DNA of 64,000 bases from Candidatus Eiseniibacteriota bacterium. GTDB lineage: Bacteria; Eisenbacteria; RBG-16-71-46; JABDJR01. How positions within the stretch are numbered: position 1 is the first letter of the stretch; every line of letters begins with the position of its first letter. The translations under genes and the position numbers were made by a program. Positions 45,674-57,939 of the stretch are shown here, one piece after another. Under the pieces are notes generated by a model, which ran no database searches, was not told the DNA's origin, and worked only from the letters and a program-made list of their open reading frames with translations. Where the stretch lies: the NCBI GenBank assembly GCA_963783375.1, contig CAWANH010000029.1, positions 192,001 to 256,000 on the forward strand, in the 5' to 3' direction.

Positions 45674-48118
45674 ATGACGGTCTCCGATTTCGAATCGCCA
45701 CGGTCGTTCACGCGCGCGGGTTTCCCAGAAGACAGCCTCGACCGGCTCGAGTTTCCCCGTCTGATCGAGTTGCTCCGCGGCCTCGCCACCTCCTTCGAGG
45801 GGGATCGGCGGCTGGCCGGGCTCCGGCCCCTTCCCACCCGGGAAGCGGCGGAGTCGGAGTTGGCGCTGGTCGCCGCGCTTCGTAGCCGGAGCGAGGCCGG
45901 GGAAGGACTTCCCGCGGTCGAGGTGGGGGACCTCCGCTCGGTCTTCACGCGCCTCCGCATGACCGGCAGCGTGCTCTCCTCGGAGGAGTTTCTGGAACTG
46001 GCCCCGCTCCTTCGGGCGGTGCGGACGTCGAAGGAACGGTTGGAGTCGGCGCGCGAGGAGTTCCCGGACCTGGCCGCCCTGGGCGATCCGTTGTTGCCGC
46101 TCCCCCAGCTGGAGCGGGCGCTCGAGGCCACGTTCGAGCCCGCCACCGGCGAGGTGAAGGACTCGGCGAGCCCGGAGCTTCGTCGGCTCCGGCGGGAGCG
46201 GGAGACCCGCCGGGAGCGGCTCCGGGCGCGGATGGAGCGGCTGGCGGCCAAGCTCTCGGAGCACGACGCGGGTTCGCTGGTGACGCTCCGCGAGGACCGC
46301 TACGTGCTGGCGGTGCCGCAGATCGCCAAGGCCAAGGTGCCGGGGCTGGTGCAGGACCGCTCGGCGTCCGGGGCGACGTTCTACGTCGAGCCGATGGAGG
46401 TGGTGGAGGACAACAACGCCTTGAAGGAGCTCGAAGCCGAGGAGCGGGCGGAAGTCCGCCGCATCCTGGCCGAGCTCACCCAGCGATTCCGGGTGGAAGA
46501 GGCGTCGCTGGCCGCGGGCTACGAACGGACGGGCGAGCTGGACGCGCTTCGGGCGCGGGCCGCCCTGGCGCGGCGCTGGGGAGGTGAAGCGCCGAAGCTG
46601 AGCGAGGAGCCGCGGCTCCGTTTGGCCGGCGCGCGGCATCCGCTCCTCTTCGAGGCGCGGCGCGCGGCGAGCGATCTCGACCGGGCGCGGGAGGCGGTGG
46701 TGCCCCTGGCGCTGGAACTGGACGAGGAGACCCGGATCCTCCTCATCACCGGACCCAACATGGGCGGGAAGACGGTGGCCCTGAAGGCGGTGGGGCTCAT
46801 GAGCGCCATGGCCCAGGCCGGCTGCCTCATCCCCGCCGATCCGGGGTGCGTTCTGCCCTGGACCGGGCGCTGGGTGGTGAGCCTTGGCGACGAGCAGAGC
46901 CTGGACATGGATTTGAGCACCTTCGCCGCCCACCTGGCCCGGTGGGGCGAGGCCCTGGAGGCGGCGGGTCCACGGACCATGGTGCTCCTGGACGAGCTCG
47001 GATCGGGAACCGACCCCACCGAGGGGGCGGCCCTGGCCCAGAGCGTGCTGGAACGGTTGGGGGAGGCTCGGGCCTTCGGGCTCGTGACCACCCACCTGGG
47101 GGTGTTGAAGGGGTTCGCGGCGGCGGCGGACGGGATCCGAAACGCCTCCATGGCGTTCGATCCCGCCACCCGGCGGCCGACCTACACCCTGGCGGTGGGG
47201 ATCCCGGGGGAGAGCCACGCCCTGGAGATGGCGCTCCGCCTGGGTTTCCCCGAGGAGCGGGTGGCCCGGGCCGAGGCGCTCCTTCCCACCGAGGAGCGCG
47301 ACGTGAAGCGGCTCCTGGCCGAGCTGGGCGCGGAGCGGGAACGGCTTGCCCGGACCCAGGCCGAGGTGGAGGAGCTTCGCCGGGAGGCGGAGCGGCTGCA
47401 CGCGGAACAGAAGGAACGTCTGACCCGTCTTCTGGAGGAGCGGGCCCAGGTGCGGACGAGGGCGGCGCGCCAGGCCCGGGAGATCCTCCGCCGGGCGGAG
47501 GAGACCCTGCGCCAGGCCCAGGTGGAATCCCGGGCCCGGGGGCGTCAGAAGACGGTGGATCGCCGTGAGCTGGCCCGGGAGCAGGCCCGGCTGGCGCGCC
47601 TCGAGACGCCGGCTCGCCCCCGACCGAGGGGCCGGGCCCCGGGAACCGTCCGGGAGGGCGAGCGGTACTGGGCGGACGCGCTGGGACGGGAGGTGGAGGT
47701 GGCCCGGGGCGCGGATGCCACGGGCCGGGTGCTGGTAATACAGGGAAACGTGAAGGTCGAGCTCCCCGCCGCGAGCCTCCGGATCCTGGAGGCGGGCCCC
47801 GGGGCGGCGACCCCGGCCGAGACGCCGGCGGTGATCCGGCGGCCGGTGACCGGAGTTCCGGAAATGGAGTCCGTCCCCATCGAGGTGGACCTCCGGGGGC
47901 TCCGGGTCGACGAGGCCTTGGAGCGGTTGGACCGGGCGCTGGACCGGGCGATGCTGGCCGGGCTCAAGGAGCTTCGGGTGATCCACGGCAAGGGGACCGG
48001 CGCCCTCCGTGAGGCGGTGCGGGAGTTCGCCCGGACCCACGGCGGGGTGGCCTCGGCCCGGATCGCCGACCAGTGGGATGGCGGGACCGGCGCCACGGTG
48101 ATCGAGATGGAGGGTTGA
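45674..48118 (+). CDS. mutS2: MutS2 endonuclease / ribosome-collision factor
   Basis: ITGPNMGGKT, DELGSGTDP.EG, TTH, C-terminal Smr (DLRG..IHGKGTG). Confidence 0.95.
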   Translation: MTVSDFESPRSFTRAGFPEDSLDRLEFPRLIELLRGLATSFEGDRRLAGLRPLPTREAAESELALVAALRSRSEAGEGLPAVEVGDLRSVFTRLRMTGSVLSSEEFLELAPLLRAVRTSKERLESAREEFPDLAALGDPLLPLPQLERALEATFEPATGEVKDSASPELRRLRRERETRRERLRARMERLAAKLSEHDAGSLVTLREDRYVLAVPQIAKAKVPGLVQDRSASGATFYVEPMEVVEDNNALKELEAEERAEVRRILAELTQRFRVEEASLAAGYERTGELDALRARAALARRWGGEAPKLSEEPRLRLAGARHPLLFEARRAASDLDRAREAVVPLALELDEETRILLITGPNMGGKTVALKAVGLMSAMAQAGCLIPADPGCVLPWTGRWVVSLGDEQSLDMDLSTFAAHLARWGEALEAAGPRTMVLLDELGSGTDPTEGAALAQSVLERLGEARAFGLVTTHLGVLKGFAAAADGIRNASMAFDPATRRPTYTLAVGIPGESHALEMALRLGFPEERVARAEALLPTEERDVKRLLAELGAERERLARTQAEVEELRREAERLHAEQKERLTRLLEERAQVRTRAARQAREILRRAEETLRQAQVESRARGRQKTVDRRELAREQARLARLETPARPRPRGRAPGTVREGERYWADALGREVEVARGADATGRVLVIQGNVKVELPAASLRILEAGPGAATPAETPAVIRRPVTGVPEMESVPIEVDLRGLRVDEALERLDRALDRAMLAGLKELRVIHGKGTGALREAVREFARTHGGVASARIADQWDGGTGATVIEMEG

Positions 48119-49809
48119 TGCGGTTTCCGCCGGAGCTGATCGAACGGGTGCGCGAGGCCACCGACATCGTATCGGTGGTGGCCGAGCACGTTCAGCTCAA
48201 GCGGGCGGGGCGGACCTGGAAGGCGCTTTGTCCCTTCCACCAGGAGAAGACGCCCTCATTCACTGTGAATCCGGACCGGCAGATCTTCAAGTGCTTCGGT
48301 TGTGGGGAGGGGGGCGACGTCTTCCGCTTCCTGATGGAGTTCGAGAAGTTGAGCTTTCCCGAGGCGGTGGAGTACCTGGCCGGGAGATCGGGGATTCCGC
48401 TACCCGCCCGGGGCTGGACCGGACCGGAGGAGGAGAGCGTCTACCCGCCGCTGGAGTGGACGGCGACGTTCTTCAGGCGGGAGCTCAAGGGACGGGAGGG
48501 GGGTCCGGCGCGCGAGTACCTGGAGCGCCGGGGCCTCGGGGAGACGGTGCAGGAGCGGTTCGGGCTGGGCTGGGCGCCCCCCGGCTGGTCGAACCTCCTG
48601 GCCGCGACCCAGAAACGGTTCACCCCGGCGCTGTTGGAGCGGGCGGGGCTGGTGATCCAGAACGACCGGGGAGGGCACTACGACCGCTTCCGGGGCCGGG
48701 TCATGATCCCCATCCGGTCGGCCCTGGGGCGGACCATCGGGTTCGGGGCGCGCACATTGGGGGACGAAGAGCCGAAGTATCTGAACAGCCCCGAGACCGA
48801 GGTTTTCACCAAGGGCAAGGTCCTGTACGGCCTTTCCGAGGCCAAGGAGTCGCTCAAGCAGGCGGACGAGGCGCTGGTGGTGGAAGGGTACATGGACGCG
48901 CTCACCCTGGCCCAGGCCGGGGTGGAGAACGTGATCGCCTCGTGCGGGACGTCGTTCACCGAGGACCAGGCCCGGGTGGTTCGGCGGTACACGGAGCGGA
49001 TGGTGCTGCTCTTCGACGGGGATGCGGCGGGGATCCGGGCGGCGTGGAAGAGCGCGGCGGTGTTCCTGGGCGCGGGTCTGGAGGTGCGGGTGATCGCGTT
49101 CCCCGACGGCCACGATCCGGACTCCTTCGTGCGGGAGCACGGGCGGGAGGCCCTGGACGCCCTGATCCGTGAGGCCCCGGGGGTGGTGGATTTCGCGCGG
49201 CAGACGCTGTTGGACCGGGTGGAGAAGCGCGAGGACCTGCTGCGGGCGTTCGCCTACCTCGGCTCGCGGATCGACGATGAGATCCGCCGGAGGAACCTCC
49301 TCCAGCAGGCGGCGGAACAGTTCCGGTTCGACGAGGGGACACTGGTGCGGGAAGCGGCGAGGCTCCGCGGCGGGGCCCCGCGGTCCCGGCCCCCGGCGGC
49401 GCCGGCTTCCGCGGAGAAGCCGGACGTGGTGGGGCGGCTCTACGTGGCCCGGCTCCTGGCCGGGGAGACGATGGGGGAGGAGGATCTCCTCCCCGAGGCG
49501 GTATTGCGGGAGGAGCGGCTTCGGCGGCTCTACACCCGGTGGCAGGAGATCAGGCAGGAAGGGGATCCGGCGCCGGCGGGCCGGCTCCTGGCGGAGGAGT
49601 CCACCCGGAACTTCGCCGCCGAGATCCTGGCCGGAGACGACGCGGGGACGGGGACTCCCGATCTTCTCGTGCGGCTCCGGGAGCGGGTGGTTCAAGCCCA
49701 GGGCATGGCGCTCCGGGAGGCCATCCGCAACGCGGAATCACGGGGAGAGCGGGATGAGGTGGATCGCCTCCTGAGGGAGCTTCACACCCTCAAGGGAAGC
49801 GAAAGCTAG
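48118..49809 (+). CDS. dnaG: DNA primase
   Basis: [39 protein letters not shown]. Confidence 0.96.
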   Translation: MRFPPELIERVREATDIVSVVAEHVQLKRAGRTWKALCPFHQEKTPSFTVNPDRQIFKCFGCGEGGDVFRFLMEFEKLSFPEAVEYLAGRSGIPLPARGWTGPEEESVYPPLEWTATFFRRELKGREGGPAREYLERRGLGETVQERFGLGWAPPGWSNLLAATQKRFTPALLERAGLVIQNDRGGHYDRFRGRVMIPIRSALGRTIGFGARTLGDEEPKYLNSPETEVFTKGKVLYGLSEAKESLKQADEALVVEGYMDALTLAQAGVENVIASCGTSFTEDQARVVRRYTERMVLLFDGDAAGIRAAWKSAAVFLGAGLEVRVIAFPDGHDPDSFVREHGREALDALIREAPGVVDFARQTLLDRVEKREDLLRAFAYLGSRIDDEIRRRNLLQQAAEQFRFDEGTLVREAARLRGGAPRSRPPAAPASAEKPDVVGRLYVARLLAGETMGEEDLLPEAVLREERLRRLYTRWQEIRQEGDPAPAGRLLAEESTRNFAAEILAGDDAGTGTPDLLVRLRERVVQAQGMALREAIRNAESRGERDEVDRLLRELHTLKGSES

Positions 49810-49868
49810 CGATCTTTCCCGAATGGGTCGGGGCGGCGACGGCCGGGCCCGACAAGGAGGAAGTCGGC

Positions 49869-51650
<1,782 letters not shown>

Positions 51651-51668
51651 GCGGGGGGAGAACCGTTC

Positions 51669-51700
51669 CGGGCCCCGGGAAACCGGGGCCCGTTTGCTTT
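51669..51700 (+). terminator. Intrinsic terminator after rpoD
   Basis: CGGGCCCCGG-GAAA-CCGGGGCCCG-TTTGCTTT. Confidence 0.85.
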
Positions 51701-51746
51701 CGGAGGCGTCGTCCGGACGCATGCCGCCGACCGGCTCGGCCCCACG

Positions 51747-51817
51747 TTGACAAGCGCCGGAGCCGGGTTGGATAATTCGATATTGGCCTCAAGCCCATAG
51801 TCACGACGATTATCCAA
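51747..51817 (+). promoter_or_regulatory. sod promoter with inverted repeat
   Basis: TTGACA-N18-GATAAT; TTGGATAAT (51768-76) and ATTATCCAA (51809-17). Confidence 0.55.
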
Positions 51818-51834
51818 GCCACAAGGAGTTCATC

Positions 51835-52449
51835 ATGTCGGTCTACAAGTTGCCCGATCTTGCCTATGACTACGGCGAGCTCGAGCCCCACCTCATCGGA
51901 AAGATCGTGGAGCTTCACCACGACAAGCACCACGCCGCCTACGTCAAGGGCGCCAACACCACCCTGGAAAAGCTCCACGACGCCCGGAAGAACGAGGAGT
52001 ACGGGACCATCAACCAGCTCGAAAAGGGGCTGGCTTTCCACGTCTCGGGGCACAAGCTCCACTCCATTCTCTGGACCAACATGAGCCCCAAGGGGGGCGG
52101 CGAGCCCGGCGGCGACGTCAAGACCCAGATCGTGACGGATTTCGAGAGTTTCTCCGCCATGCAGAAGCAATTCAACGCGGCCACCCTCGGGGTCCAGGGC
52201 TCGGGCTGGGGGGTGTTGGCCTGGGAGCCGGTGGCCAAGAAGCTGCTCGTCCACCAGGTCTACGATCACCAGGGGGAGCACGCTCAGGGCACGATTCCCG
52301 TCCTGGTCTGCGACATCTGGGAGCACGCCTTCTATCTCCAGTACGAGAACCGGAAGGCGGAATGGGTCAACGCGTTCTGGAAGCTCATCAACTGGGACGA
52401 CGTGAACCGCCGGCTTAAGGACGCCCAGGGAGCCAAGGCGAGCGACTGA
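51835..52449 (+). CDS. Fe/Mn superoxide dismutase
   Basis: LHHDKHHAAYV, GHKLH, QGSGW, DIWEHAFY. Confidence 0.95.
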   Translation: MSVYKLPDLAYDYGELEPHLIGKIVELHHDKHHAAYVKGANTTLEKLHDARKNEEYGTINQLEKGLAFHVSGHKLHSILWTNMSPKGGGEPGGDVKTQIVTDFESFSAMQKQFNAATLGVQGSGWGVLAWEPVAKKLLVHQVYDHQGEHAQGTIPVLVCDIWEHAFYLQYENRKAEWVNAFWKLINWDDVNRRLKDAQGAKASD

Positions 52450-52476
52450 GCCCCGGCCGCCGGAGATTGAATCGCG

Positions 52477-52503
52477 AAAGCCCGTCCGGGAGGACGGGCT
52501 TTT
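52477..52503 (+). terminator. Intrinsic terminator after Fe/Mn SOD
   Basis: AAAGCCCGTCC-GGGA-GGACGGGCTTTT. Confidence 0.85.
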
Positions 52504-52629
52504 GCGCGTCGAGGTCCGTCCCGCCGGAGCCGTTCGCCGGTCGGGGTTCGGCTGGGGTAGGATCTCGACGTCCGGCCGAGCGCCGGTCGCGCCCCGGGAA
52601 TCGGCCCGGGACCTCGGAAAGGGGGCGTC

Positions 52630-53121
52630 GTGCCCGTGACCTCGAATGATCTGTTGCGCCGGGTGGAACGATTGGAGCGGGACAACCGCCGGCTGCGCCG
52701 GTTGGGATCGCTCGGCCTCTTCGCGGCCGGGGTGGTGTTCGTGACCGCGCAGGGCGGCGGCCCGGAGCCGGTGCTCCGGGCGGAGACCGTGGTGGCCACC
52801 AAGGCATTCCTCCTGACCGACGCCAAGGGACAGCCCCGCGCGTCGATCGGCCTCCTCCAGGATCAGCCGTCCCTCACCCTCTATGGCGGGACCACCCCGA
52901 CCCCGAGGGTCCAACTCGGGGCCTGGAACGACGGATCGACCCTCATGCTGTTCGATTCCGAGGGGAAGGAACGGGCGATGCTGGTGGTGGCGGGGGAGAT
53001 GGGGAGCCTCAACCTGATCGGTCCGGAGAGCCGGCTTCGGGCCTCGGTGGGGGTGGTGGACGACGCGGGAATGGCCTTCCTGTTCGGGAAGGACGGGACC
53101 CCGACCTGGTCGGCCCCCTGA
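52630..53121 (+). CDS. Hypothetical protein (short coiled coil, TM segment, beta-rich repeats)
   Basis: RVERLERDNRRLRR, hydrophobic segment, repeated L-x-D-x-x-G-x-x-R-A units; AAAGGGGG RBS. Confidence 0.7.
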   Translation: MPVTSNDLLRRVERLERDNRRLRRLGSLGLFAAGVVFVTAQGGGPEPVLRAETVVATKAFLLTDAKGQPRASIGLLQDQPSLTLYGGTTPTPRVQLGAWNDGSTLMLFDSEGKERAMLVVAGEMGSLNLIGPESRLRASVGVVDDAGMAFLFGKDGTPTWSAP

Positions 53122-53198
53122 TCGGGTTGCGCGATCGGGATCGACCGGCCATGATGGAACTCCATCGGATACATCATGTCTTCAATCGGGAGGCCATC

Positions 53199-53798
53199 AT
53201 GAAGAGTTTGTCTTTCGGAAGCGTCCTGGGGCTCGCCGCCTTCGTCTTGACCGTGTCCGGCTGCTCCCAGCCCGCCGAACGCTCCCCGGCCGCCGGATCC
53301 ACGGACACGGCGGCGGCGCCCGCCTCCGGAGCGTGGACCGGGATCCACGATGCGGTGGCGGTGCTCCATCCCACCGAGGGGAACGGGGTGAGCGGTGTGG
53401 TGAGGTTCAGCGAGGCCGGCGGCCGGGTGACCGTGATCGCCGACGTGCACGGGTTTGCTCCCGGTACCGAACACGGCTTTCACATCCACGAGTTCGGGGA
53501 CATGACCGCCGCCGACGGAACCTCGGCCGGCGGCCATTACAACCCGGAGGGGTACCCTCATGCCCTGCCGCCCGCCACCCCCCGCCACGCCGGGGACCTG
53601 GGGAACCTGGTCGCGGACGCCCAGGGAAATGCTCACCTGGAGATCACCGTGGACGACCTCAGCATCGCCGGGGCGAAGAACCCGATTCTCGGACGCGGGG
53701 TGATCGTCCATGCCCAGCCCGACGACGGCGGCCAACCGACCGGGAACGCGGGGGCCCGGGTGGCCGGAGGAGTGATCGGGGTGGCCGGGCCGCGCTGA
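53199..53798 (+). CDS. sodC: Cu/Zn superoxide dismutase lipoprotein
   Basis: Lipobox VSGC, HGFHIHEFGD, AGGHYNP, RHAGDLGN, IVHAQPDD, GNAGAR. Confidence 0.93.
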   Translation: MKSLSFGSVLGLAAFVLTVSGCSQPAERSPAAGSTDTAAAPASGAWTGIHDAVAVLHPTEGNGVSGVVRFSEAGGRVTVIADVHGFAPGTEHGFHIHEFGDMTAADGTSAGGHYNPEGYPHALPPATPRHAGDLGNLVADAQGNAHLEITVDDLSIAGAKNPILGRGVIVHAQPDDGGQPTGNAGARVAGGVIGVAGPR

Positions 53799-53841
53799 GC
53801 GCTTCGATAAGGTCCCTCGTCGTGGTAAAATAGTCCCTCGC

Positions 53842-55185
53842 ATGTTCCCGGCGGAGCACGTCCCGCATCCGAGGGTCCACCCCGTGTTACCTTGCCCGCC
53901 CCGTCGACAACCCGAGGCGCGTTCGATCCACCACGCGGTGGGGGCGCTCGTCGCGTTGGCCTTCCTCCTGCTCTCCCCGGCGGGGGTGAGGGCGCAGGTC
54001 CCCCCCGACTTTCTTCTCTCCTTCGGAACCCAGGGAACGGGTTTCGGGCAGTTCACTTACCCCATGGGGCTTGCCTGCGACGGGGACGGTCACCTGTTCG
54101 TGGTGGACCGGTTCAACGAACGCATCCAGAAGTTCGATCTCCAGGGGGAGTTCATCAGCGCCTGGGGGTCCCACGGGAGCCTGGCCGGGCAGTTCCTGCA
54201 GCCCTACGCGGTGGCGGTGGACTCGGAGGGCAACGTCTACGTCGCCGACACCGGCAACTACCGCATCCAGGTGTTCACCAACTCGGGGGTGTATCTCCGT
54301 TCCTGGGGGAGCAGCGGCATCAGCAACGGGGAATTCAACAACCCCGAGGGGATCGCCCTGAACGGTTCGGACCGGGTGTATGTTGGGGACTATTTCAACA
54401 ATCGTATCCAGAAATTCACGAACACCGGAGGGTATCTCGGGAGCTGGGGCGTTCTCGGGAGCGGAGACGGCGAGTTCCAGTTTCCCCGGGGGGTCGGTGT
54501 CGATTCCACCGGCGCGGTCTGCGTCGCCGACTATCTGAACCACCGGATCCAGAAGTTCACCCCGGACGGGGCCTTCCTGGATAGCTGGGGGCAACTGGGC
54601 TCCGGAGACGGTGAGTTCAACCGTCCCGTCGCCTTCGCTTTCGACGCCGAGGGGAACGCGCTGGTGGTCGATTCCCGGAACGACCGGGTACAGGTGTTCG
54701 ACGGCGATGGAGGATTCATCCTCTCCTGGGGGGGGTCGGGGATCGAGCCCGGACAGTTCTACGATCCGATGGGGGTGGCGGTGGACGAGAACGGGGACAT
54801 CTTCGTCTCCGACGCCCAGAACAACCGGGTGCAGAAGTTCAGCGCCCTTTCCCGGATCGGCGTGGGCCCGCGGGAGCCCTACGGATTCGCCCGCCTCGGC
54901 GCGGCGTTTCCCAATCCCACCGCGTCCTCGAGCACGGTTCCGGTTCGCCTTCTCACCCCCGAGGAGGGGGGACAAGCCGTCTACGATCTGGACGTCCGGG
55001 TCTTCGATGCGGGGGGGAGGTTGGTTCGCACCCTCTTCTCGGGCGCGGCGTATCCGGGTTCACGGGACTTCCTCTGGGACGGCCGATCCGACGCCGGCTC
55101 CGCGGCGGTACCGGGGATGTACTGGATCCGGGCCCGAACCGGACGCGGCGATCAGGAAAGCGCCCCGGTCACCCTGCTCCGCTAG
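53842..55185 (+). CDS. Secreted NHL-repeat beta-propeller with FlgD-Ig/T9SS-like C-terminal domain
   Basis: Six GxFxxPxGxAxD..YVAD..NxRIQKF repeats; AFPNP..VFDAGGRLVRTL..WDG..GMYW; start uncertain. Confidence 0.88.
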   Translation: MFPAEHVPHPRVHPVLPCPPRRQPEARSIHHAVGALVALAFLLLSPAGVRAQVPPDFLLSFGTQGTGFGQFTYPMGLACDGDGHLFVVDRFNERIQKFDLQGEFISAWGSHGSLAGQFLQPYAVAVDSEGNVYVADTGNYRIQVFTNSGVYLRSWGSSGISNGEFNNPEGIALNGSDRVYVGDYFNNRIQKFTNTGGYLGSWGVLGSGDGEFQFPRGVGVDSTGAVCVADYLNHRIQKFTPDGAFLDSWGQLGSGDGEFNRPVAFAFDAEGNALVVDSRNDRVQVFDGDGGFILSWGGSGIEPGQFYDPMGVAVDENGDIFVSDAQNNRVQKFSALSRIGVGPREPYGFARLGAAFPNPTASSSTVPVRLLTPEEGGQAVYDLDVRVFDAGGRLVRTLFSGAAYPGSRDFLWDGRSDAGSAAVPGMYWIRARTGRGDQESAPVTLLR

Positions 55186-55667
55186 CCCGGCCCTGGGCCC
55201 GGTACCCTCTCCCCGCTTCCTCTCGCCACCCGCCCCAGTGTCCGACCGTACACAACCACCCGTGTTGGGTTGGACACAATCTCCTCGAGACGGGGCGGCG
55301 GGATCGCGGGGGGGCCGGCTCGAAATGAACGGTATTGCAGGACCTTGCCGGGTTCCGGGACCGTCTTGGGGCCACTGGTCCGACCCTTGCAAGTCCTGGG
55401 GAACCAAGCCGTCGCGTGGTTCGCGCGCGGCGCGCTCAGCCTGACGTACCTACAAAGCGAAGCGAGGAGCGCCCCCGCCCGGTTTTCCCCCGACGGCGGG
55501 GGCGTTCCGCGGTCGGGGCGATCGGGGCCTCCGGCCGGTTTCTCCCGGGGGGGCGTGCTACCATGGGCGGCCCATGATCACCCGAGAGATCCACGAGCCG
55601 TGATGTTTGCCCCTCCCGTTCCCTGCCTCGGCCTGATCCTCCCCCCCGGCGCGGGTACGGCCTGACC

Positions 55668-57616
55668 ATGTGCGGCATTGCGGGGTTCTTCGATCCCCGG
55701 CATCGGCTCGGCGGTGGAGCGCCGGAGGCGACGGCGGCCAGGATGATCGAGCCGATCCGCCACCGGGGGCCCGACGACCACGGGACCTGGGTCGACGAGG
55801 CGGCCGGGGTGGCCCTGGCCCATCGGCGGCTCTCCATCCTCGATCTCTCCCCGGCCGGGCACCAGCCCATGGCCGCGGCGGAGGGTCGTTACCACATCGT
55901 GTACAACGGCGAGATCTACAACCACCCCGAGCTTCGCCGGGAGCTGGAGCACCGGGGAGTCCGGTTCCGGGGGCACTCGGACACCGAGGTCCTTCTGGCC
56001 GGGGTGGTGGAGTGGGGAGTGGAGGCCACCATCCGCCGGGCGGTGGGCATGTTCGCCTTCGCGGTGTGGGACGGAGCCGCCCGGCGGCTCATCCTGGCCC
56101 GGGACCGGCTGGGCATCAAGCCGCTCTACGCGGGCTGGCAGAACGGCGTCTTCCTCTTCGGCTCGGAACTCAAGAGCCTCCGGGTCCATCCCGCCTTCGC
56201 CGGGGAGATCGATCGCGGCGCCCTGGCTCTCTATGTGCGGCACGGCTACGTTCCCGGTCCGTACTCGATCCACCACGGGATCGAGAAACTCCCTCCCGGA
56301 ACCTGGGTTGCCCTGTCGGAGAACACCGGGCCGGGCCCGCTCGAGCCGGTTCCCTTCTGGAGCCTGCAGGAAGCGGCCGACCGGGGAACCCGCGAGCCTT
56401 TTCGGGGGACCGACGAGGACGCGGTGGAGGAACTGGATCGCCGGCTCCGCGACGCGGTGGCGCTTCGCATGGAGGCCGACGTTCCGGTGGGGGCGTTCCT
56501 CTCCGGGGGGATCGATTCCTCGACCGTGGTCGCCCTCATGCAGGCCCAGAGCACGCGCCGGGTGAGCACCTTCAGCATCGGCTACGGCGAGGCCGCGCAC
56601 AACGAGGCGCCCTATGCAAAGGCGGTGGCCGAGCACCTGGGCACGGACCATCGGGAGCAGATCGTGACCCCCGACGAGGCGCGCGAGGTGATCCCCAGGT
56701 TGCCGACCCTCTACGACGAACCTTTCGCCGACTCGTCCCAGATTCCGACCTTTCTCGTGTCGGCCCTGGCCCGGCGAAACGTGACGGTGAGTCTTTCCGG
56801 CGACGGGGGAGACGAGCTCTTCGGAGGCTACCGGCGCTTTTCCACCACCGAGACCCTGTGGCGGAAGATCTCCCGGATGCCCCTCCCCTGGCGCGCCGCG
56901 GCGGCCGGAGTGCTGGGGCGGATCGCTCCCCGCCGGTCCGACACCCGGTTCAACCGTCGTCTCCGAACCCTGTCCGAGATCCTCGGGGTGGAGGACGGGC
57001 GGGGAATCTACACCTGGCTCCACTCCCACTGGCGGGATCCGGCCGAGCTGGTGGTGGGGAACGGCGCCCCCCCCACCGTCTTCACCGACCTGGACGCCTG
57101 GGCGCGTCGAGACTCCCTGCGCGAAGAGCTCATGTTCATCGATACGATCACCTATCTCCCCGACGACATCCTGGTGAAGGTGGACCGCGCGAGCATGGCG
57201 GTGAGCCTGGAGGCCCGGGTCCCCGTCCTCGACCACCGGGTGGTCGAGTTCGCCTGGACGCTCCCTCCCGCGCTCAAGTTCCGCAAGGGGGGGAGAAGTG
57301 GCTGCTTCGCCGGGTTCTCGACCGGTACGTGCCCGCGAGGCTGATCGACCGCCCCAAGGTGGGGTTCAGCGTGCCCATCGAGAGCTGGCTTCGGGGACCC
57401 CTTCGCGACTGGGCCGAGGACCTCCTCGACGAGAACCGTCTCCGCCGCGAGGGTTTCTTTCACCCGGGGCCGATTCGCAGGAAGTGGAGCGAGCATCTGG
57501 CGGGGACCCAGGAGTGGCATCACCACCTCTGGGACGTGCTCATGTTCGAAGCGTGGATCCGGGAAACGCGGGGTGTAACGGCCGCCGCGGGGGTGGGACG
57601 GATCGAAGGGGAATGA
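55668..57616 (+). pseudogene. asnB: Asparagine synthase (glutamine-hydrolysing) family, frameshifted in a G7 run at 57287-57293
   Basis: [38 protein letters not shown], then KWLLR..RPKVGF in another frame. Confidence 0.88.
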
Positions 57617-57622
57617 GGAAAC

Positions 57623-57654
57623 GACCCGTCCGGGCCCGGTGGCCGGGACGGGTC
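57623..57654. terminator. Hairpin between convergent asnB and RRM genes
   Basis: GACCCGTCC/GGACGGGTC stem. Confidence 0.55.
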
Positions 57655-57663
57655 CTCGTCAGA

Positions 57664-57939
57664 CTACCAGCGGTTCTGCTTGGGGCCCGCGCTCTTGTCG
57701 CGCGGCCGGGCCTCGTTCACCTTGAGGTTCCGCCCGTCGAGCGAGTGGTTGTCGAGGTTCTGGATGGCCTCGGGGCCGCCCTCGTCCATCTCCACGAACC
57801 CGAATCCCCGGGGCGATCCGGTGTCGCGGTCGGTGATGAGGCTCACCGACGACACCGTGCCGTACTGGGCGAAGAGGTCGCGGATCTGGTCTTCGGTCGC
57901 GCTGAAGGGGAGATTCCCCACGTAGATCTTCTTGGTCAT
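57664..57939 (-). CDS. Single-RRM RNA-binding protein
   Basis: RNP2 IYVGNL, RNP1 RGFGFVEM, GRNLKVNEARPR. Confidence 0.94.
   Translation of the reverse strand: MTKKIYVGNLPFSATEDQIRDLFAQYGTVSSVSLITDRDTGSPRGFGFVEMDEGGPEAIQNLDNHSLDGRNLKVNEARPRDKSAGPKQNRW

Noticed and set aside
54000-54840. Periodic DNA repeats resembling an array
   Set aside because: Coding NHL repeats, not CRISPR; no CRISPR array or cas gene seen anywhere in the window
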